64,000 nucleotides of DNA from Octopus vulgaris (GCA_951406725.2 OX597826.1:55056001-55120000); one strand, 5' to 3'; shown: positions 42,441-58,027, counted from the stretch's first letter. Numbers and translations are program-made. Notes: generated by a model from the sequence alone, not told the origin.

Positions 42441-43076
42441 TGTGTGTGAGTGTGTGTGATATGGTGTGTTTATGTCTGATTAGGATATTTTTAGTGGGTG
42501 TGATAGAAGGAAGTACTCTGTTGGAAACGAGAATAAAGAAGGATGTTTATTTATTATTTTTTTAATATAAACTCTCGGTATAAATGTAAAGCATTTATGA
42601 GAAAGAGCGAAAGACAGGGAAAAATAAAAACATATCGCACATTGGGAATCGAAACGTGCATCAAATGCTGCGTGAGTGCTCGTTTTAACGACTACACTGA
42701 AGAGTTTCTGCCACTTGTCAAAAATAGTATTTATAAAAGTTTTACTGGAGAAGCTAACTGCATTGCTTCACCTCATATCACATGAATATCACGGGATATT
42801 TTTGCAACCAGTCAGCCACCACGCGGTAGACGCTCTCACTATCATCCGGCTATATAATGTACCACATACAACTGGTTTTGTGTTTATGGCTACAAACTCT
42901 TAAATATGCATGGTTATTAACTACGATATTGACGATTACGAGTTTAAAAAAAAAAAAAATCTTCAACACATACACACACACATGCACATCACACATGCAC
43001 AGCACACACACACTTATACACGCACGCGTACACACATACATGTCTTTCTGTATGTGTGTGTATTATATGTATACAT

Positions 43077-43121
<45 letters not shown>

Positions 43122-43141
43122 CATCCATATATATGTGTACC

Positions 43142-43183
<42 letters not shown>

Positions 43184-43275
43184 CACACATATCATATATA
43201 TATCATTATATATGTATATATTCATGTATCCATATACACGTACATACATATAAGTATATTTATAAACATATATTC

Positions 43276-43317
<42 letters not shown>

Positions 43318-44359
43318 ATACATACGTATATATATACATTTAGCTATGAACACTTTTAGAAGCACAGTCCAAGAGGAAAAGACTAATAGATTATGCACGA
43401 ATTTTTATTTCGGAAAGATGTTAAGGGGCAGAGATTTATTTCACAATGAGTATAAATGTGTCACCAGAAAGGTAAATAAATCCTTCCGTGTGGAAGTCAG
43501 CATTTAACTCAATTGGATTGGACCAGTAGTCTCTAAGCAACCGCTGAACATGGTCTCTTAAATCACATGTTACCCAGCCGTTTCAAGAAATGTTGTTATT
43601 GAATGCTGTGATTCTTATAACACGATCTGGAAAAAAGTAGAACTAAAAAAAATGGTGCAGCGAAACGGTTTTAACCTAAAAAAGTTGCTGTTAGAGCTGA
43701 AGAAGGGCTAAAAATAAATAATAACAAGGCATAAACTAAATGTAAAATATGAGTTAGAAAACACAGCCTTCAGAGCTGCTTTGATCAATTTTAAATAAGA
43801 AGAAAAGAAAACAGAAAAAAAATAAATAAATATGTGTGACAGGTCTCTAGCTATATATTATTTAAAATCAAACATTATAATCGAAACCGTGATAATGCCG
43901 TGTTCAGTGATGGCAATAACAGTAGTGTTTATGGATGACTCAAAGCGCTGCAACCTCTGTGTTCCAGAAACCTATCTATGTCATTTAGAATTGCATCCCA
44001 ATCCAAAGTAAAATCATCTACTACCACATGCCCAATTCCCTTTCAATAAACATTAATGGATACCCTTCAGATGTAGATTGAAAAGTACTTGACGTCATGG
44101 TCCACGTGAGCAGCACACAGTTATGGATTATATATATATATATATATGCATATATGTGTGCGTGTATATATTCATATATATATGTGCCTATATATATATG
44201 TTCATGAAAGCATATGTACATATGTATATGATTTTGTTGTGTATACATACCTACATCTCTCCCTGTGTTGACACATATGCGTGTATGTCTATGTGTATGG
44301 ACATATGTATGACCCATTTCTGTCCTTTCTGTGAGTATATATATATATATATGCATATA

Positions 44360-44424
<65 letters not shown>

Positions 44425-44529
44425 TATATACAAATATATATATACGTATAAATATATATATATATATATATGTATATGTTATATAAATACATACATGTCT
44501 ACAAGGCACATACACGTATATACATAATA

Positions 44530-44578
<49 letters not shown>

Positions 44579-45514
44579 GCACACAAAACATCATATTCAC
44601 TTGGAAAAGGATAGTACCTAGAGAAATAGGCGTAACATACTAAAAGAGATAAAGAAGCAAAATATGAAAAAGCAAGCAAACAAACAAACAAACAATAATA
44701 TACATGCATACACAAATACATATATACAAACATATATGAATACATGAAATTCATATATACACATACTTGCATACGAAGACACAGTTGTATCACAAATATT
44801 ACCCACACCGTAAGCAAACGCCTTTAGAAGGGAAAAGTAAAGTAAAAAAAGAAAGAAAATATATTTAAAATAACAACAAAATCTACAACTACCACCGTGC
44901 TTTGATAAATGCTCGTGTGTATGCACCATCCAATAATATCATGGTTCCATGCACTTAACTATTTATCATAAATGCTGCAGAGCTCTGCAAAATCTATGAT
45001 ACTGGACACATTTGGCAAACAGATTGCTTAATATAATCTTAAAGACAGAAGAAGCTCTCAGTTTCAAATTACCTTTTTAACTCCCCGCAAGCCTTCCGCT
45101 CTGTTTCAACGTTATCTGTTCAGGGGTGTGGGGAAAGACGCAATTGATTTTATGGCCAAAATATGGGAACTAGACGTACAGTAGATTAGATTTATGTGCA
45201 GTCAATAATTACTTGGGAAAGGTAGCGTTGGTGGTGGTGATGCTGATGGTGTTTGCGGTGGTGGTGGTGGTGATGATGAGGTAGGTGGGCGGTCGGGCGG
45301 TAGGGCGGTAGGGGGCCAAGCTCGCTCTCAGCCGCCATCACCGACGATGCCCACCGCAATCGCCCTCCTCTCATATTTCTGTTTTTATTTTTATAGATGA
45401 GTGTTAGCTAGCTGAGTGGAGTTCGCAGTAAAGTGGGTGGTGGTGGTGGTGGTGGTCTGTTGTGGATGGACGGATAGATGACTCGAGGTGATTTTGATAA
45501 AACGATGGAAGGAT

Positions 45515-45548
<34 letters not shown>

Positions 45549-45551
45549 ATA

Positions 45552-45629
<78 letters not shown>

Positions 45630-45789
45630 TATACATATACACACCTATGGTGATAGAAATATTGATAGAGGGATGGATTGATAGATGGAAAGCTGTATTG
45701 ATATATGTGATGGATTGTTGGATATCAATTTATTTATTATATATGTAAGTGTTTATATATGCCTATCTATAGCAGCCATTATACATATG

Positions 45790-45826
<37 letters not shown>

Positions 45827-45832
45827 TGAATG

Positions 45833-45882
<50 letters not shown>

Positions 45883-45940
45883 TACATACACATGTATTTA
45901 TATATAGATATATAAATATATCATATATACATACACATAT

Positions 45941-46650
<710 letters not shown>

Positions 46651-47123
46651 TATGGAATATAGTATATACGGAAATTCTTAATGAATTGAAATTAATTTCT
46701 CATTCGTTGAAAGCAAACAAATACCTAACGGCACTCGTTATTAGCAACACAATGGTAAGGAGATGGTACTGGAAGACATTAAGAACTAATTAAAAAGAAA
46801 ATGAATTTTTATGCCTTAGGAAAACACATCATAATTGGTTCAAACGCATTTGCAAACATGCACATGCATATACAGATACTAAATAATGCAATCATCCACT
46901 TGGATACCATTCCTTATAAATCGTTCAAATATTTACACCTCTGTTTTAAAGAAATATAGTTGCCTTTTCGTCTAGTTCTAAACGCACGTATTCGCACGTA
47001 TTATCACTGCACACACAGAAAAAGGTTTATTCAAAAACATCCAGACATATACACACAAACACACAGCTGCATGTGTGTGCATATAAATAGAAGTGAATAT
47101 ATATGTATATGTATGTATGTATA

Positions 47124-47191
<68 letters not shown>

Positions 47192-47397
47192 AAGAATGCA
47201 AAGAATTAAAATCCGATGGAAGGAAAGCCGTCCCTTCTATAGAGACGGAGACATTCAAGTTTTCACTGGCTTGGTGGTTTATATATATACAATCTAAATG
47301 TATCTACATTCAATATACAAAAATGAAAAATCTATATTCAGTATGCAAAAGTGAAAATGGAGATTTACGATTGACACATTTTAATTTATTTACACAA

Positions 47398-47484
<87 letters not shown>

Positions 47485-47513
47485 ATATAATGTAAATGTA
47501 AATATTTTAATCC

Positions 47514-47717
47514 TACACATTTTTCAAATCAGACCCAATAATAAATTCATAAAAATTCATGTTTATGGGTAAGAATCTCATCAGGGGACTATTGGACAAA
47601 TATTACATTTAGATCTATAAATCATCATATATAATTTTTATTTCCCTGATGAGATTCTTACCCATAAACACGTATTTTTATACATTTATTTTTGGGTCTG
47701 AATTGAAACAATATGTA
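47514..47717. repeat. Inverted repeat (~73-bp arms) with CTGATGA at the inner end of each arm
   Basis: TGTTTATGGGTAAGAATCTCATCAGGG (to 47586) is the exact reverse complement of CCCTGATGAGATTCTTACCCATAAACA (from 47644); outer arms are diverged. Confidence 0.85.
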
Positions 47718-47763
47718 TGTATACACACACAAACCCACACATTGCTAAAAATATACGCATAAA

Positions 47764-47985
47764 TAAGAGGTGATGTTAAAAAGTTGCTGGTTTTCAAGAT
47801 ATTGTGAAAGGTCTGGTTGGAGGCCAAACCCTTCGAGTTCTTTTACAGGGCTTAGATAAACTGAACTACCGCTGCAATAAATGTACGAATCTGAGAGAGG
47901 AATATGTTGAATAAAATCATAATTCACTGATCCTCCTATATTTTCTTTTATCCGGAGCCAGTAACTTTTCGGCATACACCACATA
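47764..47985 (+). mobile_element. Non-autonomous mariner derivative retaining the transposase C-terminus
   Basis: Degenerate TIRs (TAAGAGGTGATGTTAAAAAGTTGCTGG / CCAGTAACTTTTCGGCATACACCACATA). Internal frame GLDKLNYRCNKCTNLREEYVE* matches mariner GI.KL..RW.KC....G.YVE*. Confidence 0.82.
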
Positions 47986-48343
47986 GATATATATACATAT
48001 ACACTTATGTACATATAAAGTTATACATATACACTTATAAATACATGCACACACGTGCGTGCGATAGAAACACAAATGTATCGTATCCATTGATAAGAGT
48101 ATAGATAAAAGACGATGTCTGTTTCTCGGTCATGAAATAAGATTCTCATTTTCAGGGAACCTTTCTCAAATTTGTTCTTAAGTCGACACTCATCCCAAGG
48201 ATGGTAACTGAACGAAACAAAGCAGACGACGTTCTGAGACGTAAAGCAGTGAACGTTCTAGAAAACCCAAATTATGGCTCATCCTGGTAGATGAAGTGGT
48301 GTGGTAGCTTAGTCGACGCGTTAGTGTAAGATATACTGCTATC

Positions 48344-48801
<458 letters not shown>

Positions 48802-48818
48802 ATATATAATATATATAG

Positions 48819-48894
<76 letters not shown>

Positions 48895-49042
48895 TACAAA
48901 AATGAAATATAAGGAAAGGAAAAATTGTAGGTTTAGACAATTCTTAATTCATAATCCAGTTTGGTACAGATTCAATATAAATTCTACAAATTGTTTCGGA
49001 GTCTAATTATTTCCAAAGATAAAAACGTCTTATATATATGTT

Positions 49043-49053
<11 letters not shown>

Positions 49054-49073
<20 letters not shown>

Positions 49074-49206
49074 TTAACGTCCGCTTTCCATGCTAGCATG
49101 GGTTGGACGGTTCAACTGGGGTCTGGGGAGCCCGAAGGCTGCATCAGGCCAGTCAGATCTGGCAGTGTTTCTACAGCTGGATGCCCTTCCTAACGCCAAC
49201 CACTCC

Positions 49207-49208
<2 letters not shown>
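49054..49208 (-). mobile_element. 3' part of an RTE-related SINE with (GAT)n tail
   Basis: Minus strand GGTTGGCGTTAGGAAGGGCATCCAGCTGTAGAAAC ... AGCATGGAAAGCGGACGTTAAATGATGATG. Confidence 0.6.
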
Positions 49209-49263
<55 letters not shown>

Positions 49264-49675
49264 ATATATATACACTGACAATATTAAAAATAAAGATTAC
49301 TCCGAAGAAGCTATACCATTACCTTTAATTCTATAATTATATGCTGCCTTTTAAGACATTGTTGGATTTGCATGTTAACTGTTGAATAACATGTTTTGAA
49401 TACCTGAGATCAAACTGGTAATCGTTTCTGATTAACTCCTGCTGTTTTACTAAAATATGTATGTGTGTATGTGTGTGTGTGTGTCTGTTGCAAAATACTT
49501 CAGTTTAGAGAATGTCACATTTGCACAGGGATGTTTCAGTAGATTATCTGCTGCACAGAAAAAACACTTCTATCACTGCCATTACTTCTGCTACCATTTC
49601 TGTCACTTATCGCCTAACCACATCACCTGACCACCACTTTGAAGATTTCGTTCGCTTTTTCCGATCATCAGCGTC

Positions 49676-49738
<63 letters not shown>

Positions 49739-50539
49739 TGCAGCTGCAGCAGCATCGACAGGACAAATTTACACTGTTGCCACTACACTTCACTACCGGC
49801 GCCAAAACCACCATTACCACTATCTCCACCATCACCACCATCGCCATCTCTCTTGCCATCATCACCATCACCGTAACACCACCACCACCACCACCACCAT
49901 CACCACCACCAGCATCACTACTACCACGACATTCCGTCGCTTCTACCACCACAACCATCACCACCAAGAGAACTACCATCATCATCATCACCACCACCAC
50001 CACCACCACCACCACCACAATTATTATTCCCAATCCTAAACCACAACTGCCACCACAACATCAAGCTTCATAACAGTCACCTACAGCCAGAGCACTCATT
50101 CCTCTTCCCGTTCCGTACTAGTGTCCTATCCACTCACTCAACAATTCCTTAACCTTCTTTGAAAGTAATCAGTCTTATAATTACTTTTCTTTGACAATGT
50201 GATTCCTTAATGGAATTAGCCATATTTTACCTCGTTTCTGTTTCGTTAATATTTCATAGGAACCAGCAGGACTTAATCAGGCACTTCTCCTACAATAAAT
50301 ATGATCTCATGTCTCCGCTCTCCACTTCCTTCCCATAATCCAATAACCAAATGACCAGGCGAATAAGAAACCTACCAATCAACGAATCAGCTAACTAACC
50401 AAAACTAATTCTGATCTTTGACGCCTGTTGCGATTTAATACACTGGAATACTGAGTCTTGAAACAACAAGTTTTCTTGTACCGGTCAGTGTTGTTGCGGT
50501 TGTTATTAGTGGTGGTGGTGATATTATTATTAATATTAA

Positions 50540-50752
50540 GGCGGCGAGCTGGCAGAAACGTTAGCACGTCGGACGAAATGCTTAGTGGTACTTAGTCTGT
50601 CGCTACGCTTTCAGTTCAAATTCCGACGAGGTCCACTTTGCCTTTCATCCTTTCTGAGTCGATAAATTAAATACCAGTGATATACTTGGTCGATGTAATC
50701 GGCTAGTCCTCTGATCCGAAATTTCAGGCCTTTGCCTTTAGTAGAAAGGATT
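50540..50752 (+). mobile_element. SINE family A, full length, with (TTA)n tail
   Basis: GGCGGCGAGCTGGCAGAAACGTTAGC...CTTTGCCTTTCATCCTTTC...TTTCAGGCCTTTGCC..GTAGAAAGGATT. Confidence 0.88.
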
Positions 50753-50755
50753 ATT

Positions 50756-50786
<31 letters not shown>

Positions 50787-50811
50787 TTATTATTGTATGG
50801 AAGCAGCAGCG

Positions 50812-50862
<51 letters not shown>

Positions 50863-50885
50863 TTAGTAGTAGTAGTAGTAGTAGT

Positions 50886-50979
<94 letters not shown>

Positions 50980-51581
50980 TGTCCTTCATATAATTTCCAA
51001 CTGCATCGGGTAGCGGGGCCCTGGGTCGGGTTGGTCTACATTTTGGAGAGCGTAAAATCACACCCTTAGCAACCATTCTTCCCAGGACTATTCTGACCCG
51101 GAATCATAAAACCCATCAGACTCCCCCGAGATTTAGGTTAATTTGCATGGGTAGTTTCTTCCATACTCTGAAAATTCTGAGCGGAAGAAATGTTTTTTTT
51201 TTCCGAATGTGTTAGGCGTTATGCAATTCTATTATTTTCATAAGCATGACACCGAGTAATAGCAGTGTTGAACTAAAAAAGCGAACTGAGGTTATTATTG
51301 GAAAGTTGGTGGGTAATCCTGGGAGCTTCTAGCAAGTCAGCTGTTAGACGTCGAAATTGTTTGGATACCCAAAGGAGCAATGCTTTCAAAATACGGTTAC
51401 TATACACACACACACACAAATATAGATCATTTTATATAATGTGGCGTGGAATTCCTTGTTTAAATTGTAGTTTAGGAATAAATATTAATATATTTTGAAT
51501 TAAAATTTGATTATACTTTGGAAATTCATATACATAAGAATAAGAAAACACACTCACACACTTGGGCACACACAATCACAA

Positions 51582-51697
51582 ACGGCCATATCACGTTGAA
51601 AGCACCGGTTCTCGTCCGATCACCGAAGTTAAGCAACGTTCAGCCTAGTTACTACTTAGATGGGTGACCGCTTGGGAAACCTAGGTGCTGTAAGCAT
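51582..51697 (+). rRNA. 5S rRNA: 5S rRNA, orphan copy or probable pseudogene lacking the first ~4 nt
   Basis: ACGGCCATATCACGTTGAAAGCACCGGTTCTCGTCCGATCACCGAAGTTAAGCAACG...GATGGGTGACCGCTTGGGAA..GGTGCTGTAAGCAT; box A and box C present. The 5' GCTT that would pair with the 3' AAGC is absent, there is no oligo-T terminator, and it is single copy here. Confidence 0.93.
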
Positions 51698-51711
51698 CAC
51701 ACTAAACCTAA

Positions 51712-52102
51712 GAGTGGCTGTATGGTAAATAGCTTGCTTACAAACGACTTAGTTCCAGGTTCAGTCCCACTGCGTGGCCCTTTGCCCAAGTGTCTTTTAC
51801 TATAGCCTCGGGCCGACCAAAGCCTTGTGAATGGATTTGGTAGACAGAAGCTGAAAGAAGCCTGTCGTATATATGTACATATGTATGTGTGTGTATATGT
51901 TTGTGCGTCTGTATTTGTCCCCCAAGATCGCTTGACAACCGATGCTGGTGTGTTTACGTCTCCATAAACTTACCGTTTCGGCAAAAGAGACCGATATAAT
52001 AAGTACTAGGCTTACAAAGAATAAGTTCTGGGGTAGAATTTGCTCGACTAAAGGCGGTGCTCCAGCATGGCGACAGTCACATGACTGAAACAAGTAACAG
52101 AG
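51712..52102 (+). mobile_element. SINE family B, near full length
   Basis: GAGTGGCTGTATGGTAA...GGCGGTGCTCCAGCATGGCGACAGTCACATGACTGAAACAAGTAA. Confidence 0.88.
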
Positions 52103-52946
52103 TATTGCTCAGCCATTTTTAAGCTGGAATCTTTTCTTCTAAGTTTTCGATATGTCGATGGCTTATAATGTCCAGCGAAAATGGCAGACGAGATATACGC
52201 ACATAAAAACACGCACACACGTACACAAACACACATAGCTTTCTCTGTCTTTGTCTTCCTCTGTCTGTCTGTCTGTCTGTCGGTCTGTCTGTCTGTCTGT
52301 CTCTCTCTCTCTGTATATATATATATATATGCATATATACATCCATACATACATCCATACATATATACATATATACATTCTCACACGCATCCGTTATTTT
52401 TATGTATACATTACTGTAAAACTATATCAGTCTTTTTGCATTCGTATACATTCTTGCATTTATATTTATACACACAGATTTATATACACAGATTTCACTC
52501 ACATCTAAGTAAACTCAAAAACACCCCCCAAAAAACAAAAACCACAAGATTTTTCAGTCACAAATAAGACATACAGATTCACGCACGCACATAAACACAC
52601 ACATACATACATATACCCAAACACACATATTTATACAATGTATGTATATCATTGTGTGCGTGTGCGCTCTAGTGTGTAATATTACGTGTACATATACATA
52701 TGTGTATGTGAGTGTGTGTGTATGTGCAGCAGAGCTTATGTGAGTGTGTGATATGTGCGTATATGTGCGCAAGGGTGCGTATACATATGTACCTGTTCTT
52801 GAATGTGTGTACCTGAACATGTTTCCTTGTGTAAAATTGTTATTAACAAATCAATTTCGGAAGACGAACCTTAATTTCATGAGTGTATATACAACACTCT
52901 CCCTCCCTTCCTCTATGTGTACATACATACATACATACATACACAC

Positions 52947-52996
<50 letters not shown>

Positions 52997-53797
52997 GTAT
53001 ATACATATATGCATATATATATATATACATATATATACATATATATATATTCATATATGAATACATCTATATATATGAGTATATATATATATATATATGT
53101 ATACCTATGTATACATATATGTACGTACATACATACATACATACATACATACATACATTTATATGTATATATAAATATATACATATTTTTTGTCATATAC
53201 TTTTCTTGTTTTCATATATTTAGAATTATTGTTTTAATTTAAAAAATAGAAAAAAACCCCAGCAAAAACAATATTTTTTCTGATTTCTTATTATTTTATT
53301 GCAAATTCGTACAAAATATCGCATTACGTTAGTGATGTGTGAAAAATGAATATAAATTTCCTTTCTCCACGGTCGACCAGAGATAACTTACTGTATGAGA
53401 CGTGTTATTGAAGAGTGCTAGCTTCTACAGTTCAAGACATATGTATGTAACCCTATTTATAACATCATCATCACCAACACCAACATCAGTATCATCAGCA
53501 GTGATAGTAGGCGTCGTAGCAGCAGCACCAGCAGCAGCGGTAATAGTATCGTGATGTAGAGGAACAAAATGCCAACCCACCTAAACCTAATCTGTCCACC
53601 TCTTGGCTGTATGGTAACAGTAGTCTGAACGAGGAAACTCATCTTGATATTAGATAAAGCAAATATTAAGTAAAGGATATACAAAAGCACACACACACAC
53701 ACACATATATATACACACACATACACACACATACACACACACGTATATATATATATATGTATGTATGTATGTAAGTATGTATGTATGTAAGTATATA

Positions 53798-53829
<32 letters not shown>

Positions 53830-53858
53830 CACAGACATATATATATATATGTATATAC

Positions 53859-53908
<50 letters not shown>

Positions 53909-54258
53909 GTACATATATATATGTGTGTGTTTGTGTATATATATGTATATCAGTCTCTGTGTCCTTCTCTCTTTCTGTCTCTTTCTCGAGGAAGCGAAAA
54001 TTGGAGAAAGGAATCTAGTTTTATATTCTTAGAATTCATCTGGCTTCACTTATTGGTAGGCGACCAAGCTAGGCACCAATTTTAGTCGACCGTATCGACC
54101 CCATTACTTGTCTTAGTCTGGTACCTAACTGCATTGTTCGCTACTTCTTGCACCAATAGTTTCCGTGATACAACGGGGCCAACAATAAAAAACAACACCA
54201 GTTATTTCATCCTGTAGAAACATACTCACGCGAACTTCTATATATCTGTGTATGACTG

Positions 54259-54261
<3 letters not shown>

Positions 54262-54338
<77 letters not shown>

Positions 54339-54348
54339 CACACACACA
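54262..54348. repeat. (CA)n microsatellite
   Basis: Direct. Confidence 0.95.
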
Positions 54349-54504
54349 TTCTCTCTTTCTCTTTCTCACACACATACATTAGTTGAGACAGATGCACCAT
54401 ATATTTACTGTGTTTGACTCTTCTAAGTATTTTGAATCTATGAAGCTTTTGTTATTAAATAAAGCCACTGAGTTTGAAAGTTTTGTTACCTAAATTAAAC
54501 AGTA

Positions 54505-54779
54505 GGCGCAGGAGTGGCTGTGTGGTAAGTAGTTTGCTAACCAACCACATGGTTCCGGGTTCAGTCCCACTGCGTGGCATCTTGCTATAGCCTTGGGCCG
54601 ACCAGTGCTTTGTGAGTGGATTTGGTAGACGGAAACTGGAAGAAGCCTGACGTATATATGTGTGTGTATGTTTGTGTGTCTGTGTTTGTCCCCCTAGCAT
54701 TGCTTGACAACCGTTGCTGGTGTGTTTATGTCCCCGTCACTTAGCGGTTCGGCAAAAAGAGACCGATAGAATAAGTACT
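54505..54779 (+). mobile_element. SINE family B, 3'-truncated
   Basis: GGCGCAGGAGTGGCTGTGTGGTAAG...GAGACCGATAGAATAAGTACT. Confidence 0.88.
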
Positions 54780-54799
54780 GGAGAGAAAAGAGTATGAGT

Positions 54800-55008
54800 C
54801 GGCGTGCTGGCAGAACCGTTAGCGTGCCGGACAAAATACTTAGCGGCATTTAGTCCGTTTTTACGTTCTGAGTTCAAATGCCTCCGAGATCAACTTTGCC
54901 TTTCATCATTTCGGGATCAATAAAGTACCAATTGAGCATTGGGGTCGATGTAATAAACTTACCCGTCCGCAAAATTACTGGATTTCTGTCCAAATTTGAA
55001 ACCGCTAT
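54800..55008 (+). mobile_element. SINE family A
   Basis: GGCGTGCTGGCAGAACCGTTAGC..GTTCTGAGTTCAAAT..CTTTGCCTTTCATC. Confidence 0.82.
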
Positions 55009-55219
55009 TAAACATGATCCTGCTGTCTAAGGGCACTGAAATCAACTTGCACGACTGACTATGATTAGGAAAGTAGTCGTAACTCAATTTAACCTGCTAC
55101 TGGAGGCCTGCTATTCGGTGGAAAAACACCCTAAATCTATCCTGTTCTTTTACACTTAAACCTGCTCAGAATTTGACTTAATCCAGTTAAGTTGAATTAG
55201 TTAAAGTTAACAGTAATAA

Positions 55220-55430
55220 TTGTTTCAACCTTAATCACAAGGCCAGCAATTTTAGGTGGAAGTAGCTGAGTATTTTGACCCCAGAACTTACTGGTACTGT
55301 ATTTTATCGATCTCGAAATAGTGAAAGGCAAAGTTGATCCTGGTGGTATTTGGACTCATGCATAAATAAAGTGTAAGCAGAAATGCCGCTACGCAATTTT
55401 TCTGACACTCTAAAGATCCCACCAGTTAGT
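55220..55430 (-). mobile_element. SINE family A, degenerate
   Basis: CACAAGGCCAGCAATTT..CTGGTAC..TTTATCGA..GAAAGGCAAAGTTGA. Confidence 0.7.
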
Positions 55431-56790
55431 AGCTTTAGTTAGTGATAAAAGTATCTCTAATTGTGAATAATATACTCCTAGTTAGTGTCCATTTCGTCGC
55501 AACCCCTTCACAAAGAACATAATATATTAGCTTATAGTCACAACGTCGAGAATGGAAAGACTGGCTTCTCAGCAAATGACTTCAAAACAAGGTTTTACTC
55601 ATATACATATTCTTTCTTAAATCCAAATATTAAGAAGACAAAGTTATATTCATCTTTATATGGGATAGTAAAAGGGTATATTCTATTCAGTAGAAATGAT
55701 AGGACTTATTGCATAAAATCTATCTATTTCACCCAAAGAAACAGAGGTCTCGATTTCTGGAAGGGTCGAGTTATATCACGATATGTTAGCAATATAGATT
55801 CTCAATTTGTGATATGAATAAAGAAACAACATTTTCTTTGCTTTGGGGAAATTTCTTTATCTAGCTACTATAATCAATTTACTCCATTTGCCCCACATCT
55901 TACGATAAGGCTATATAATCATTATTATAAGATTTACGAAACTCTGAATTATATTCAGAAATTATCTAACCATGCTAAATGCATTATGAAGCACATAGTA
56001 CTTAATATCTTACTTCAAGTTATTTGTCATTGAAATAAACTAAAAGAATTTAGTTTGTAATGTTTCACTTCAGTTCATTAGGGTTTTTGCAACTGCATCA
56101 ATATTTAACGAGTACATTCACAATCAATAAGCGGAAGAGTAAAAATATGAAAGTTTTTTCCAAAAATCAATATGTAAGGCATTATTTTTGTTTCCGATGT
56201 TCTTAGAAAAGAGTTTGTTTATTTGTTAGAAACCAGTTCATCCCACAATTAGAGGAAGGAATCAAATTATAAAGACACTACATACTAATATATACACATA
56301 AATGTATACGGGAATATGTACATATATACATACATATATAAATATATATATATACACACACACAAACAAACGTATGTATGTATGTATGTGTGTGAAATGT
56401 GTGCACATACATATATACACACTTCCATGAAAAATATGATGATCTTATTCAGCAAAATTTAGTTTTATAAAGGTTACGAACTGGAAAAGCTTCGTGTGAT
56501 GGGAGTAGAACGTGAGTGTTCGCCTCACAGCACACAAACATCTATCATTTTATAAAATTCGTTTAGTTGTATGTAATAAGTTTATACAGGCTTTCGCCTT
56601 TGTTGAAGACGAGGGAAATTGTTCTGTAAAGCACTATACTCCTCTCTCTCTCTCTCCGTCTCCCTCTCTCACATAGATACATAAATGTCCTTCGTACACC
56701 AATCTTTCTAACACTTTCATTTCTAACTGCCACTTTCAATTTCCTTCCAATAAAATCTCCCCTTTATTCTCTCCCTACCTCCTTAACTCT

Positions 56791-56917
56791 CTCTCTCACC
56801 CTATCTCTCACTCTCTCACCCTATCTCTTACTCTCTCACCCTATCTCTCACTCTCTCACCCTATCTCTCACTCTCTCACCCTATCTCTCACTCTCTCACC
56901 CTATCTCTCACTCTCTC
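56791..56917. repeat. 20-bp tandem repeat (CTCTCTCACCCTATCTCTCA) x6
   Basis: Units start at 56791, 56811, 56831, 56851, 56871 and 56891. Confidence 0.95.
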
Positions 56918-57240
56918 TTTTCTATCTGTCATTCCACTTCGTGCTCTTTTTATTCCCTTCTCTTCTCCCCATCGCCCTCCCAGCTTTCTCTCCCCTCTCC
57001 CCCCCTCTTTACATTTCTTTCTCCCCCCTCTCTCTCTTTCGTAGATTATCATCACGTGAATAGCTGTTTCTGGATATAGCCGGTGTTTAATATGTAAGTC
57101 TGTACCTTCAATGGAATATATCGATAAGAATAGTATTGGTGTTCGGAAGAAGGTCACATCTACGTTGGCAAAAAGGTTCGAAATACAAAATCCGTTGTGA
57201 AAAAAATGCAAACTGTATGATCCGAGAGGACATACATATA

Positions 57241-57288
<48 letters not shown>

Positions 57289-57292
<4 letters not shown>

Positions 57293-57591
57293 CGTGATCA
57301 CCGTGACTGACCAGGCTATCAGATGTTGCTACACATCGCTGGTCACAATGCGCTTCGCATTGTTTTAACCTTCAAATGACGCCACCCCGCTGGCTAAGCG
57401 AGCAGGCCACCAGAAGAAAGAGTGAGAGAAAGTTGTAGCGAAAGAGTACAGCAGGGATCGCCACCACCCCCTGCCGGAGCCTCGTGGAACTTTTGGTGTT
57501 TTCGCTCAATAAACACTCACAACGCCCTGTCTGGGAATCGAAACCGCGATCCTACAACCGCGAGTCCGCTGCCCTAACCACTGGGCCATTG
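57289..57591 (-). mobile_element. SINE family C, near full length, tail abutting (TA)n
   Basis: TCACCGTGATCACCGTGACTGACCAGGC tail ... GGGAATCGAAACC ... CCCTAACCACTGGGCCATTG head. Confidence 0.88.
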
Positions 57592-57815
57592 GAAGGTGAG
57601 AATAGAGAGGCAAGATTTGTTTGTGAAAGTTTCAATAAAAGGTGGGAGAATGTAGCAAAGATGGTACGCGAAAGGGACGAAACCACTTTGAGCATGATCC
57701 TATAAATCGAAAAGAGAGAGAGGGAGAGCACTTTCCTCTCATGTGTTTATTCTATCCCTGTCTGAGGTCACCGTGGTCTTTTCCGTAGGCTTTTCTTATC
57801 TATCTATCTACCTAC

Positions 57816-57893
<78 letters not shown>

Positions 57894-57958
57894 GTCTGTG
57901 TCTGTCTGTCTGTCTGTATATCTGTTTGTCTATCTGTCTTTCTGTCAGTCTGATTCTA

Positions 57959-58006
<48 letters not shown>

Positions 58007-58027
58007 ACACACACTCTATGCATTTAT

